DNA from: a virus
Taxonomy: Duplodnaviria > Caudoviricetes
DNA length: 64,000 bases
Virus record (IMG/VR): IMGVR_UViG_3300044645_001661
Reading direction: 5' to 3' (one strand)
In this document: positions 40,036-49,068 of the stretch, one piece after another
Numbering within the stretch: the stretch's first letter is position 1
Layout: each line of letters begins with the position of its first letter
Position numbers and translations under genes: made by a program
Notes under the pieces: generated by a model
What the model was told of the DNA's origin: nothing
The model's database searches: none
The model's input: only the letters and a program-made list of their open reading frames with translations

Positions 40036-42219
40036 ATGCCTGTCTCCCACGAAATCAAGTCTCAACTTGCCAAACTGCTTGCCACTGAGGATCTCGTTGT
40101 CGAGCACAAAAAAGTTTCTACTGCTTGTTTTAATGTTCATACTCGCGTCTTGACTCTTCCTCTTTGGGAAAAGGCAAGCAATCTTGTATATGATCTTCTT
40201 GTAGGGCATGAAGTGGGTCATGCTCTTTTTACGCCAGATGAAGACTGGACTAAAACTGTAAAAGTTCCTACTCAGTTTGTGAATGTTGTTGAAGATGCAC
40301 GAATTGAAAAATTAATGAAACGTAAGTATGCTGGACTTGCTAAAACTTTCTTTAATGGGTATAAAGAACTAAATGAAGAAGATTTCTTTCAAATTGATGA
40401 TGAAGATATCTCTTGTTTTAATCTTGCAGATCGCTCTAACCTTTATTTTAAAATTGGTAATTTTGTAACTATTGATTTTAACTCGGAAGAAAAGCAAATC
40501 ATTGATTTGATTTCTGCAACTGAAACTTTTGCAGATACCTTAATTGCTGCAGAAGAACTTTACAAATATTGTAAAAAAGAAAAAGAACAACAGCAAAAAG
40601 TTGCTGATTTTGATTCTCATGATCAACAAGGAGATTCTCAGTCACCCGCTAATGAAATTGTAGAGACTAATGACTCATCTTCTGAACAAGACGGTGAAAG
40701 TGATAATTCTCAACCTCAAGAAAAGGAAGGTAATGGTGGGACTGCCCAAGGTGATCAGACTTCAGTAAATAATACTAGTGAAGAAAGTGAACCTGAAATT
40801 CGTACCGCAGATTCATTTGAAGATAAAATTCGGGATCTTGTAAATGATGACGGATACGATAATGTTTACGTTGAAATTCCTAAAGTAAATCTTGAAACTA
40901 TTATTGGTAAAAATTATGATGTTCATAAAGATATTAGCGAATCTTTTTGTCATCAACAAAAAATTCATCAAGAACATGCTCAAGCATCTGGATATTCTTC
41001 CATAAATCTCTACAGAGATGTTGATATTGAGTTTAACAAGTTTAAGTTTTCTGCTCAAAAAGAAGTCAATTATCTTGTGAAAGAGTTTGAGTGTCGTAAA
41101 GCTGCGGATCAGTATGCTCGTGCTTCAACTGCTCGCACTGGTATTCTCGATACTGCTCGTCTTCATACCTACAAGTATAATGAAGATCTATTTAAGAAGG
41201 TTTCTGTGATTCCTGACGGTAAAAATCATGGTCTGGTATTTGTACTGGATTGGAGTGGTTCTATGGCTGATGTAATAGTGGATACATGTAAACAACTCTT
41301 TAATCTTGTGTGGTTTTGTAAAAAAGTTTCTATTCCTTTTGATGTTTATGCCTTTACAAATGAATGGCGTCGTGGGGAATATGATTATGAAACTGGTCGC
41401 TATAGTGCCGCAGATCGTACTCCTCATTACCAGAAAAAAGAGGGCTTGCTTTGTGTAGATGAAACTTTTTCTATGATGAATATCCTTACCAGTAAAGTTT
41501 CTGGTAAAGAATTGGAACGACAAATGTTGAATATTTGGCGTCTTGCTTCATGCTTTAAAAATTCTTATCGTTGTGCATATACATATCCTCCTCGTTTGAG
41601 TCTCTCTGGTACTCCTTTAAATGAATCATTGATTGCACTTCATCAAATTCTTCCCAAATTTCAAAAAGAAAACAAACTTCAAAAGGTTCAATGTATTGTT
41701 TTGACTGATGGTGAAGCAAATCAACTTGTTTATCATAAAGAAGTAAAGCGTAATTGGGAAAAAGATCCTTTTATTGGTGTTGGATATGTTAGCCCTCAAA
41801 GTACATTTCTTCGTGATCGTAAACTTGGATCTACTTATAAATTTGGTTCTGGATATCATGAGTTTACCGATGTTCTTCTTAATAATTTAAAGAACAAATT
41901 TTCCTCCACTAACTTTATTGGTATTCGTGTACTTGAAGGTCGCAATGTAAATCGTTTTATTAATCTATATCACAATTCTTGTGATGAAGATTATACAAAG
42001 ATTCAAAATGATTGGAAGAAATTGAAGAGTTTTACTATTACTAACTCTGGTTATGATGCATATTTTGGTATGTCTTCAACTGCACTCTCTCAAGATAGTG
42101 AATTTGAAGTTAAAGAAGACGCAACTAAATCTCAAATCAAGTCTGCATTTGTTAAGTCATTGAAGACTAAAAAACTAAATAAAAAAGTTCTTGGTGAATT
42201 TATCTCTTTGGTAGCATGA
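40036..42219 (+). CDS. HEXXH metallopeptidase-like plus VWA domain protein (often labelled CobT-like)
   Basis: LVGHEVGHAL, NVVEDARIE, acidic linker, MIDAS-like VLDWSGSM, SGTPL, LTDGE. Confidence 0.8.
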   Translation: MPVSHEIKSQLAKLLATEDLVVEHKKVSTACFNVHTRVLTLPLWEKASNLVYDLLVGHEVGHALFTPDEDWTKTVKVPTQFVNVVEDARIEKLMKRKYAGLAKTFFNGYKELNEEDFFQIDDEDISCFNLADRSNLYFKIGNFVTIDFNSEEKQIIDLISATETFADTLIAAEELYKYCKKEKEQQQKVADFDSHDQQGDSQSPANEIVETNDSSSEQDGESDNSQPQEKEGNGGTAQGDQTSVNNTSEESEPEIRTADSFEDKIRDLVNDDGYDNVYVEIPKVNLETIIGKNYDVHKDISESFCHQQKIHQEHAQASGYSSINLYRDVDIEFNKFKFSAQKEVNYLVKEFECRKAADQYARASTARTGILDTARLHTYKYNEDLFKKVSVIPDGKNHGLVFVLDWSGSMADVIVDTCKQLFNLVWFCKKVSIPFDVYAFTNEWRRGEYDYETGRYSAADRTPHYQKKEGLLCVDETFSMMNILTSKVSGKELERQMLNIWRLASCFKNSYRCAYTYPPRLSLSGTPLNESLIALHQILPKFQKENKLQKVQCIVLTDGEANQLVYHKEVKRNWEKDPFIGVGYVSPQSTFLRDRKLGSTYKFGSGYHEFTDVLLNNLKNKFSSTNFIGIRVLEGRNVNRFINLYHNSCDEDYTKIQNDWKKLKSFTITNSGYDAYFGMSSTALSQDSEFEVKEDATKSQIKSAFVKSLKTKKLNKKVLGEFISLVA

Positions 42220-42401
42220 AACAAAAATTTCCTTTTGATCACGTAGTAAAATACGATACCAAAGAAGTTTGGATTGTTTGTAATAGTGTAACTACTGCTT
42301 TAGGTATTTCCGCATTAGTTAAAAAATACTATCCTGGTTATACTGGACGCATTGCAAGCGAACAATATTTAAGTCAACTGAAAAACCAGTTGGCAAACTG
42401 A
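42216..42401 (+). CDS. Small hypothetical protein
   Basis: 61-aa ORF with ATGA coupling to the upstream gene. Confidence 0.6.
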   Translation: MKQKFPFDHVVKYDTKEVWIVCNSVTTALGISALVKKYYPGYTGRIASEQYLSQLKNQLAN

Positions 42402-42466
42402 CCACTGACTGGATCTCAGATCCAAATTTGACCTTATAATTATTCAGTTGAAACAAACACCTCATT

Positions 42467-43582
42467 ATGACTCTCTCCTCTGACTACATCCGCACTTCCC
42501 TTCAAAACCTCTATGGTAATAACATCACTAGTGCTGATGTTCGTGCCTGGTGTAGTATGAATGGTTCAAACTATCAAACCGTAAGTAATAAAATCTATCA
42601 ATACAAAACTGGACATGGCAAATGGAATCTTGAAGTGACTCAACAAAAAGTAGAAGAAATCGAACGCACTTTTCAAGCACCTGCCGTGGTCCCTCCTGTA
42701 GAACAAAATCTTATCCCAGAAAAAGATGATACCTTCGTCAAGTTTGGTAACTTTAACGATATTAAACGCATTATTCAGTCCCGTCTCTTTTATCCTACGT
42801 TCATTACGGGTCTTTCGGGTAATGGTAAAACGTTTTCTATTGAACAAGCGTGTGCTCAATTGGGTCGTGAATTGATTCGTGTCAACATTACGATTGAGAC
42901 TGACGAAGATGATTTGATTGGTGGATTTCGTCTTGTTGATGGTAGTACTGCTTGGCACAACGGACCTGTGATTGAAGCACTTGAGCGTGGTGCTGTTCTG
43001 CTGCTGGATGAGATCGATCTTGCTTCTAACAAGATTCTGTGCCTCCAATCTATTCTTGAAGGTAAAGGTGTATTCCTTAAGAAGATTGGTCGTTGGGTAA
43101 AACCTGCTTCTGGTTTTAATGTTTTTGCTACTGCTAACACTAAAGGCAAAGGTAGTGATGATGGTCGTTTTATCGGAACCAACGTTCTTAATGAGGCATT
43201 CCTCGAACGATTCCCTGTAACTTTTGAACAGTCCTATCCTTCTCCCGCGACTGAGCAGAAGATCCTTGAAGGTATCGCTCTCGATCTTGGTGTGGAAGAC
43301 CGCGACTTCTGTAAGCGTCTGGTTGACTGGGCAGACATCATTCGCAAGACCTTCTTTGATGGTGGTATTGAGGAAATTATCAGCACCCGTCGTCTGGTTC
43401 ACATCATTCGTGCCTACAGCATCTTCCAAGATAAAGCAAAGGCAATCCAAGTTTGTGTGAACCGCTTTGATGATGAAACCAAGCAAGCATTCCTTGAACT
43501 TTATGATAAAGTGGATGCTGATTTCAAGATGCCTGAGGGTGAGCATGTAACTTACGATCTTGACCAGAAGGCTCCTTTTTGA
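42467..43582 (+). CDS. MoxR-type AAA+ ATPase (cyanophage 'CobS-like')
   Basis: Walker A GLSGNGKT, Walker B LLLDEID, ATANTKGKG, NEAFLERF, ISTRRLVH. Confidence 0.85.
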   Translation: MTLSSDYIRTSLQNLYGNNITSADVRAWCSMNGSNYQTVSNKIYQYKTGHGKWNLEVTQQKVEEIERTFQAPAVVPPVEQNLIPEKDDTFVKFGNFNDIKRIIQSRLFYPTFITGLSGNGKTFSIEQACAQLGRELIRVNITIETDEDDLIGGFRLVDGSTAWHNGPVIEALERGAVLLLDEIDLASNKILCLQSILEGKGVFLKKIGRWVKPASGFNVFATANTKGKGSDDGRFIGTNVLNEAFLERFPVTFEQSYPSPATEQKILEGIALDLGVEDRDFCKRLVDWADIIRKTFFDGGIEEIISTRRLVHIIRAYSIFQDKAKAIQVCVNRFDDETKQAFLELYDKVDADFKMPEGEHVTYDLDQKAPF

Positions 43583-43588
43583 TATAAT
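43560..43588 (+). promoter_or_regulatory. Sigma70-type promoter TTGACC-N17-TATAAT
   Basis: Near-consensus hexamers with a 17-nt spacer, overlapping the end of the AAA ATPase gene. Confidence 0.75.
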
Positions 43589-43592
43589 TGTG

Positions 43593-43620
43593 GGAGGTAA
43601 ATCTACCTCCTTTTATTTTT
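43593..43620 (+). terminator. Intrinsic terminator after the AAA ATPase
   Basis: GGAGGTA-AATC-TACCTCC followed by TTTTATTTTT. Confidence 0.75.
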
Positions 43621-43643
43621 TTAAACTTTTACCATGAATTGTT

Positions 43644-44201
43644 ATGTCTGAAATTCCCGACAAAAATAAAAATTTTAATTCTGTCTATAGTGATTTTTTA
43701 ACGACTGGAGAATCTTATATCTCGTCTGATACTATTTCCTTTACTGGATCTGGACTTTATGGTGGGATGAGTGATCAATCGTACTGGGAAAATGATGGAA
43801 TTAGTCTCACTGGTAATCCTTCTACTATTGGTGAAGATCATATTACCTTAAATCCACCAAGTTTTAAGAATCAATCTCAAACACAAACTGAATCTCAAAA
43901 TCATTTTTGGAAATTTGGTGAAGGGAAAACTCTTAAAGCAGTAGAAGATTATATTGTCAGTACGTATAAGGCACATTACGCATCTGATAGTTCTAAAGTT
44001 CAAGTTCTTGATATTATTGATGCCATTGGTGATGGTGTTCCATTCTGTAGAGATAACTTGATTAAATACTCTTCTCGTTTTGGCAAAAAAGATGGAATGT
44101 CTCGTCTTGATGCATTAAAGATTATTCATTACGGAATTCTTCTTTATAATTTTGCTGGATTTAATAATGAAACTTCGAAATCAAACTATGAAACTTTCTG
44201 A
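43644..44201 (+). CDS. Hypothetical protein with C-terminal DUF3310 / T7 gp1.7-like domain
   Basis: HY...VQVLDIIDAIGDGVPFCRDNLIKY.SRFGKKDG..RLDALKIIHY resembles the nucleotide-kinase-like DUF3310 family. Confidence 0.55.
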   Translation: MSEIPDKNKNFNSVYSDFLTTGESYISSDTISFTGSGLYGGMSDQSYWENDGISLTGNPSTIGEDHITLNPPSFKNQSQTQTESQNHFWKFGEGKTLKAVEDYIVSTYKAHYASDSSKVQVLDIIDAIGDGVPFCRDNLIKYSSRFGKKDGMSRLDALKIIHYGILLYNFAGFNNETSKSNYETF

Positions 44202-44853
44202 TAAAACTTTGACTCTACTGAAGAATTTTTCTTCCATCAATCAATCTATTTTGTTTAAGCAGGGTAATTCTCTCCGTACAATTTCTGTAATGAAGAATAT
44301 TTTAGCTGAAGCAACCATAGAGGAAGAATTTACCAAAGACTTTGGTATCTATGATCTGAATCAATTCTTAAATGGGATGAATTTGCATCAAAATGCAGAA
44401 CTTGATTTTCAAAACAATGGATATGTTGTTATTAAAGAAGGAAAATCACGTTCTAAGTATTTCTTTGCAGATCCTAATGTAATTATTACTCCTCCAGAAA
44501 AAGACATTGTTCTTCCTAGCGAAGATGTATCCTTTACGCTTGACACTAAAGAACTTGATAAACTTCTAAAAGCCGCTGCAATTTATCAACTTCAGGATCT
44601 GTCTGTAATCGGTGAAGCAGGAGTTGTCAAATTAGTGGTTCGTGATAAAAAGAACGATACTTCTAATGATTTCTCTGTAATTGTTGGTGAAACTGAAGAT
44701 GAGTTCTCGTTTAATTTTAAAGTAGAGAACATTAAGATTCTTCCTGGTAATTATGAGGTAGTTATTTCACGTAAACTTTTGTCACGATTCAAAAATACTG
44801 GGTTTGATGTGACGTATCATATTGCTCTGGAACCTGATTCTACATTTGGTTAA
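44188..44853 (+). CDS. gp45: Sliding clamp gp45
   Basis: MKLSDKTLTLLKNFSSINQSI, FGIYDLNQFL, YFFADP, FKVENIKILPGNY, YHIALEPDS. The likely start is ATG 44188. Confidence 0.93.
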   Translation: MKLSDKTLTLLKNFSSINQSILFKQGNSLRTISVMKNILAEATIEEEFTKDFGIYDLNQFLNGMNLHQNAELDFQNNGYVVIKEGKSRSKYFFADPNVIITPPEKDIVLPSEDVSFTLDTKELDKLLKAAAIYQLQDLSVIGEAGVVKLVVRDKKNDTSNDFSVIVGETEDEFSFNFKVENIKILPGNYEVVISRKLLSRFKNTGFDVTYHIALEPDSTFG

Positions 44854-45365
44854 TGAACATTTTTGTTACTTCTCCCTGGCCTGCTGAGAGTGCTACTTGC
44901 CTTCCTGACAAACACATCGTCAAAATGCCCTTAGAGTGCTGTCAGATGCTCTCTATCGTTGCTTCTGACAAGTGGGGACATGGATACGGCACTCTTCCCA
45001 AGGCAGATGGAACCCCATACAAGACCGAAAAAGGAGCATTCCGTAATCATCCCTGTACTAAATGGGCAATGGAAAGCATTCACAATGCTTACTGGTTAAT
45101 TAAGTGGGGTTTAAATTTATCTGATGAATATTGTTTGAGATATAACAAAACACATTCATGTTATAAAACTCTTGTTGATGCGTACTATTTGTTTCCAAAG
45201 GGTAAAATAACAGAAGTAACACCATTTGCTCGTGCTATGCCAGATGAGTATAAACTTGACACAAGCATTGACACTTTTACTGCTTACAAGATGTATATTT
45301 CGTCCAAACCTTGGGTTGCATCTAATTATCTTCGTATGCCAGAACGCAAACCTGATTGGGTATAA
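44853..45365 (+). CDS. Pyrimidine-dimer DNA glycosylase (DenV)-like protein
   Basis: MNIF...A..LPDKHIVKMPLECCQMLS, NHPCTKW, TPFARAMPDEYK, YKMY...K, W..R.P.W. Confidence 0.6.
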   Translation: MNIFVTSPWPAESATCLPDKHIVKMPLECCQMLSIVASDKWGHGYGTLPKADGTPYKTEKGAFRNHPCTKWAMESIHNAYWLIKWGLNLSDEYCLRYNKTHSCYKTLVDAYYLFPKGKITEVTPFARAMPDEYKLDTSIDTFTAYKMYISSKPWVASNYLRMPERKPDWV

Positions 45366-45370
45366 ACATT

Positions 45371-46009
45371 ATGGGTAAAAGATCACCTAATGCACAAAGA
45401 TTAACTCCTTGTATGCCTCCATTATTGGAAGAAGAAACTAAACCATTATCTAGAAAAATTGGAGATACTAATTTTGGAGGATCTTCGTGTGAAAATATTG
45501 TAAAATCATATTTTCTTTCCAAACAAATTAATATTGCAGAACCACATGTTGATAATGGTGTAGATCTACTCATAGAAAAACCAGGAGAAGGTTGGGTTAG
45601 AAGTCAAGTTAAAAAAGTTGTTTATCAATTCAAACTTGACTATAATCACAAAAAAAATTTTAATAAAGAAATTTATAGGAGTAGATTTAGATTTAGTTTT
45701 CAGGGGGGATGTTCTTCTATGAGAAAACAGAGGACACCTAAAGAAATTGATTATTTTCATCATGTTCTTCTAACACCATATAGACAATTAATTTGGGAGA
45801 CCCCATCATCTTTAATTCCTTTAAGAAAAGATGGATCATTCATTAGTGGAAAGGATCCAGTTATTGATAGAGATAATTGGAAAAGATTAAAATCAGATAT
45901 TGATTTTAATCAAATGCTATTGTATAGTAAATATGACCCTATCATCTTTAAAACTTATCCAGAGTTTTTCTTAAAAGATGAACAAATTACAATTGATAAC
46001 TTTTTTTAA
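45371..46009 (+). CDS. Putative PD-(D/E)XK endonuclease (free-standing, homing-like)
   Basis: E...PHVDNGVDLLIEK...RSQVKK gives a D-(x)n-Q-x-K nuclease core; inserted between gp45 and gp44. Confidence 0.5.
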   Translation: MGKRSPNAQRLTPCMPPLLEEETKPLSRKIGDTNFGGSSCENIVKSYFLSKQINIAEPHVDNGVDLLIEKPGEGWVRSQVKKVVYQFKLDYNHKKNFNKEIYRSRFRFSFQGGCSSMRKQRTPKEIDYFHHVLLTPYRQLIWETPSSLIPLRKDGSFISGKDPVIDRDNWKRLKSDIDFNQMLLYSKYDPIIFKTYPEFFLKDEQITIDNFF

Positions 46010-46011
46010 TT

Positions 46012-46956
46012 ATGGCAAGTGAATTTCTTTTTGTAGAGAAATACCGTCCTCAAGTGATTGAGGATTGTATTCTTCCTGATGATACTAAAAAAACATTTAA
46101 GGAGTTTGTAGAGAAAGGAGAGATTCCGAATCTTCTTCTTGCAGGACCTCCTGGTATTGGTAAAACTACCATTGCAAAAGCATTGTGTAACGAACTGGGA
46201 GCAGACTATTATGTTATCAACGGATCCGACGAAGGGCGTTTCCTGGATACTGTACGGAACCAAGCAAAGAACTTCGCTTCGACCGTCTCACTTACGGGAT
46301 CTTCTAAACACAAAGTCATCATCATCGATGAAGCTGATAACACAGGGAACGACGTACAACTCTTACTACGGGCGAATATTGAGGCATTTTATAACAACTG
46401 TCGATTCATCTTCACCTGTAATTACAAAAACAAAATTATTGAACCTCTTCATTCCCGTTGTGCAGTCATTGACTTTACAATCAAAGGAAAGCAACGAGTA
46501 CAACTTGCAGGGAATTTCTTTCAAAGGTTACAATTTATCCTCGATCAAGAAAAGATTGAGTACGATCAAAAAGTCGTTGCGGAACTCGTATCAAAACACT
46601 TTCCCGATTTTCGACGTGTTTTAAACGAAATCCAGAGGTATTCTACTAGTGGTAAAATTGATTCTGGAATTCTTGCATCTTTCTCTGACATCTCTGTAAA
46701 TGAACTTATCAAGAATCTTAAGGAAAAGAATTTTACCGAAGTACGCAAGTGGGTGGTCTCCAACTTGGATAACGATTCCTCTAGTTTACTTCGCAGGGTT
46801 TATGACGCCTGTTATGATTGCCTTTCATCCCAATCTATCCCTGCTGCCGTTCTTATTATTGCTAAGTATCAATACCAATGTGCGTTCGTTGCTGATCAGG
46901 AAATTAACCTCTTAGCAGCACTAACTGAAATTATGTGTGAATGTGAATTTAAATAG
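46012..46956 (+). CDS. gp44: Clamp loader large subunit gp44
   Basis: FVEKYRP, GPPGIGKTT, IIIDEAD, FIFTCN, LHSRC, DFRR.LNE.QRY, DQEINL. Confidence 0.95.
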   Translation: MASEFLFVEKYRPQVIEDCILPDDTKKTFKEFVEKGEIPNLLLAGPPGIGKTTIAKALCNELGADYYVINGSDEGRFLDTVRNQAKNFASTVSLTGSSKHKVIIIDEADNTGNDVQLLLRANIEAFYNNCRFIFTCNYKNKIIEPLHSRCAVIDFTIKGKQRVQLAGNFFQRLQFILDQEKIEYDQKVVAELVSKHFPDFRRVLNEIQRYSTSGKIDSGILASFSDISVNELIKNLKEKNFTEVRKWVVSNLDNDSSSLLRRVYDACYDCLSSQSIPAAVLIIAKYQYQCAFVADQEINLLAALTEIMCECEFK

Positions 46957-46968
46957 GAGAAAATTAAA

Positions 46969-47256
46969 ATGAATGTAAAACTTATTCGTATGTCTTCTGG
47001 TGAAGATATTATTTGTGACCTGATTGAAGAATCCGATAGTGAAATTTCAATTTGTGATCCTATTGTTGCTGTTCCAGCAGGAAATGGTCAAATTGGATTT
47101 GCTCCATGGTCACCTTTAATTGATAAAAATGTAAAAAAATTAAATATCAATAAAAAATTTGTTGTTTATATTACAGAAACAACTGATAGAATGGTCCAGG
47201 AGTATACTTCCATGTTCAGTAATATTATTACTCCCAGTAAACAATTGCAACTTTGA
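46969..47256 (+). CDS. Small hypothetical protein (Sm-like barrel pattern)
   Basis: MNVKLIRMSSGEDII...PW.P; GGAG Shine-Dalgarno. Confidence 0.65.
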   Translation: MNVKLIRMSSGEDIICDLIEESDSEISICDPIVAVPAGNGQIGFAPWSPLIDKNVKKLNINKKFVVYITETTDRMVQEYTSMFSNIITPSKQLQL

Positions 47257-48101
47257 TGAAATCTCTTAAAACTCCCCTTCGCTATCCTGGTGGCAAGTCT
47301 CGTGCTTGTGAAAAGATGGGACCTTACTTCCCAGACCTACGAAACTATGATGAGTTTCGTGAACCATTTATTGGTGGTGGAAGTGTTGCAATCTATATCA
47401 CTAAAAAGTATCCTAGTTTAGATATTTGGGTGAATGATCTTTATGAACCCCTTGTAAACTTCTGGCAACAACTCCAGATGTTTGGAAATGACCTGAAGAA
47501 TGAATTGGTTGACTGTAAAGTTGCTTACAATACTCCTGAACTTGCGAGAGAACTTTTTCTCAAATCAAAGGAACATGTAAATGAAAAAGCGATATCAAGT
47601 CTTGATCGTGCTGTTGCTTTCTATATTGTCAATAAATGTTCATTCTCTGGTCTCACAGAAAGTTCGTCATTTTCTGCTCAAGCATCACAAAGCAATTTTT
47701 CATTGCGAGGAATTGAGAAACTGCCAGAATATTCAAAACTAATTTCCAAGTGGCGTATAACTAATTACTCTTATGATTATCTGATGGATGGAAACAAAGG
47801 TGCTTTTATGTATCTCGATCCTCCTTATGATATTAAGGATAATCTCTATGGGAACAAAGGATCAATGCACAAAGGATTTGATCACGATCTTTTTGCTATT
47901 GATTGCAATTCTAATACTAATATGGATATGTTGGTAAGTTATAATACGGACCAACTCGTAAAGGATCGTTTTAAGAACTGGAATGCTGCTGAGTTTGATC
48001 TGACTTATACAATGCGTTCTGTAGGTGAATATATGCGTGAGCAAAAACAACGTAAAGAATTATTATTGATGAATTATGAAATGCCAAGTAACATTGTATA
48101 A
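47256..48101 (+). CDS. dam: DNA adenine methyltransferase (Dam/D12 class)
   Basis: LRYPGGKS, EPFIGGGSV, WVNDL, catalytic YLDPPY. Confidence 0.85.
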   Translation: MKSLKTPLRYPGGKSRACEKMGPYFPDLRNYDEFREPFIGGGSVAIYITKKYPSLDIWVNDLYEPLVNFWQQLQMFGNDLKNELVDCKVAYNTPELARELFLKSKEHVNEKAISSLDRAVAFYIVNKCSFSGLTESSSFSAQASQSNFSLRGIEKLPEYSKLISKWRITNYSYDYLMDGNKGAFMYLDPPYDIKDNLYGNKGSMHKGFDHDLFAIDCNSNTNMDMLVSYNTDQLVKDRFKNWNAAEFDLTYTMRSVGEYMREQKQRKELLLMNYEMPSNIV

Positions 48102-48219
48102 AGCAGGAACTGTTTTTAAAGAAGAAGTTATTGCTAAAGATTATCAAGATGCCAGACAAGTTGCACTTGCACGTAATCCAAATGCTAAAGTTATAGGCGT
48201 TACCGCTGTATTCAAATGA
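48076..48219 (+). CDS. Small hypothetical protein (47 aa, not in ORF track)
   Basis: Hand translation MKCQVTLYKAGTVFKEEVIAKDYQDARQVALARNPNAKVIGVTAVFK*; ATGA-coupled to gp62. Confidence 0.65.
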   Translation: MKCQVTLYKAGTVFKEEVIAKDYQDARQVALARNPNAKVIGVTAVFK

Positions 48220-48602
48220 ATTATGAACTTAAAGATTGGTTAAACTCTATTAATCAAACTAAAATTAATTTGATGGATGAAAATCCAGAATCAGTAAGAG
48301 AATATGCACCTTATATTATTAATAAGTGTTTTTCTGGACATATTGATTCTATTTTATTTGCAAATGAAATGAATAAGTTACATCATCTTGATAAAGATAT
48401 GCAATATTCATTTTATATAAATACTCTGAGGAAGCGAAAGAGATTTTCTCCTTGGCTCCGAAAGGATAAGGTCAAAGATTTAGAATGTGTTAAACGTTAC
48501 TATGGTTATAGTAATGAAAAAGCATCCCAGGCTTTGAATATTTTATCAAAATCACAACTCGATTTTATTAAACAACGACTTGATATTGGCGGAACAAAAT
48601 GA
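48216..48602 (+). CDS. gp62: Clamp loader small subunit gp62
   Basis: LKDWLNSINQTK, PYIINKCFS, FANEMN, QYSFYINTLRKRKRF, YYGYSNEKA. Confidence 0.9.
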   Translation: MNYELKDWLNSINQTKINLMDENPESVREYAPYIINKCFSGHIDSILFANEMNKLHHLDKDMQYSFYINTLRKRKRFSPWLRKDKVKDLECVKRYYGYSNEKASQALNILSKSQLDFIKQRLDIGGTK

Positions 48603-49039
48603 CTACTCAAACTATCGAACCCCAAGTAAATTGGACACCTGATATGATGGTGGAAGTTATTCTTAATGAACCTGATGATTTTCTGAAAGTTCGTGAGACT
48701 TTAACCCGTATCGGAGTGGCATCTAGAAAGGAGAAAAAACTCTATCAAAGTTGCCATATTTTGCATAAGCAAGGTAGATATTATATTACTCACTTTAAAG
48801 AACTGTTTGCACTTGATGGTAAACATGCAAATCTTACTGTAAATGATGTTCAGCGTCGTAATCGTATCGCTCGATTACTCTCTGATTGGGGATTGATTAC
48901 CATTGTTAATGCGGATTCAATCCTAGATATTGCACCTCTCAATCAAATTAAAGTTCTTTCATACAAAGATAAAGGTGATTGGATTTTAGAGCAAAAGTAT
49001 AATATTGGATCTAAAAAAGGTAAAACTCAGGAAGATTGA
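48599..49039 (+). CDS. regA: Translational repressor RegA
   Basis: EPDDFLKVRETLTRIGVAS, LYQSCHILHKQGRYYITHFKELF.LDG, W.LE.KYNIG. Confidence 0.95.
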   Translation: MTTQTIEPQVNWTPDMMVEVILNEPDDFLKVRETLTRIGVASRKEKKLYQSCHILHKQGRYYITHFKELFALDGKHANLTVNDVQRRNRIARLLSDWGLITIVNADSILDIAPLNQIKVLSYKDKGDWILEQKYNIGSKKGKTQED

Positions 49040-49068
49040 TACATATTTTAAGAGTTCGGAATATACCT

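Noticed and set aside
42566-43546. 326-aa minus-strand ORF
   Set aside because: It is the exact antisense shadow of the AAA ATPase, has no recognisable motifs or RBS, and is explained by the codon bias of the sense gene.
40036-43582. Link between 'cobS/cobT' labels and the B12-dependent rSAMs as a phage cobalamin pathway
   Set aside because: The proteins look like generic MoxR AAA+ and peptidase-VWA proteins, and no cobN or other corrin genes are in the window, so the name match is not evidence.
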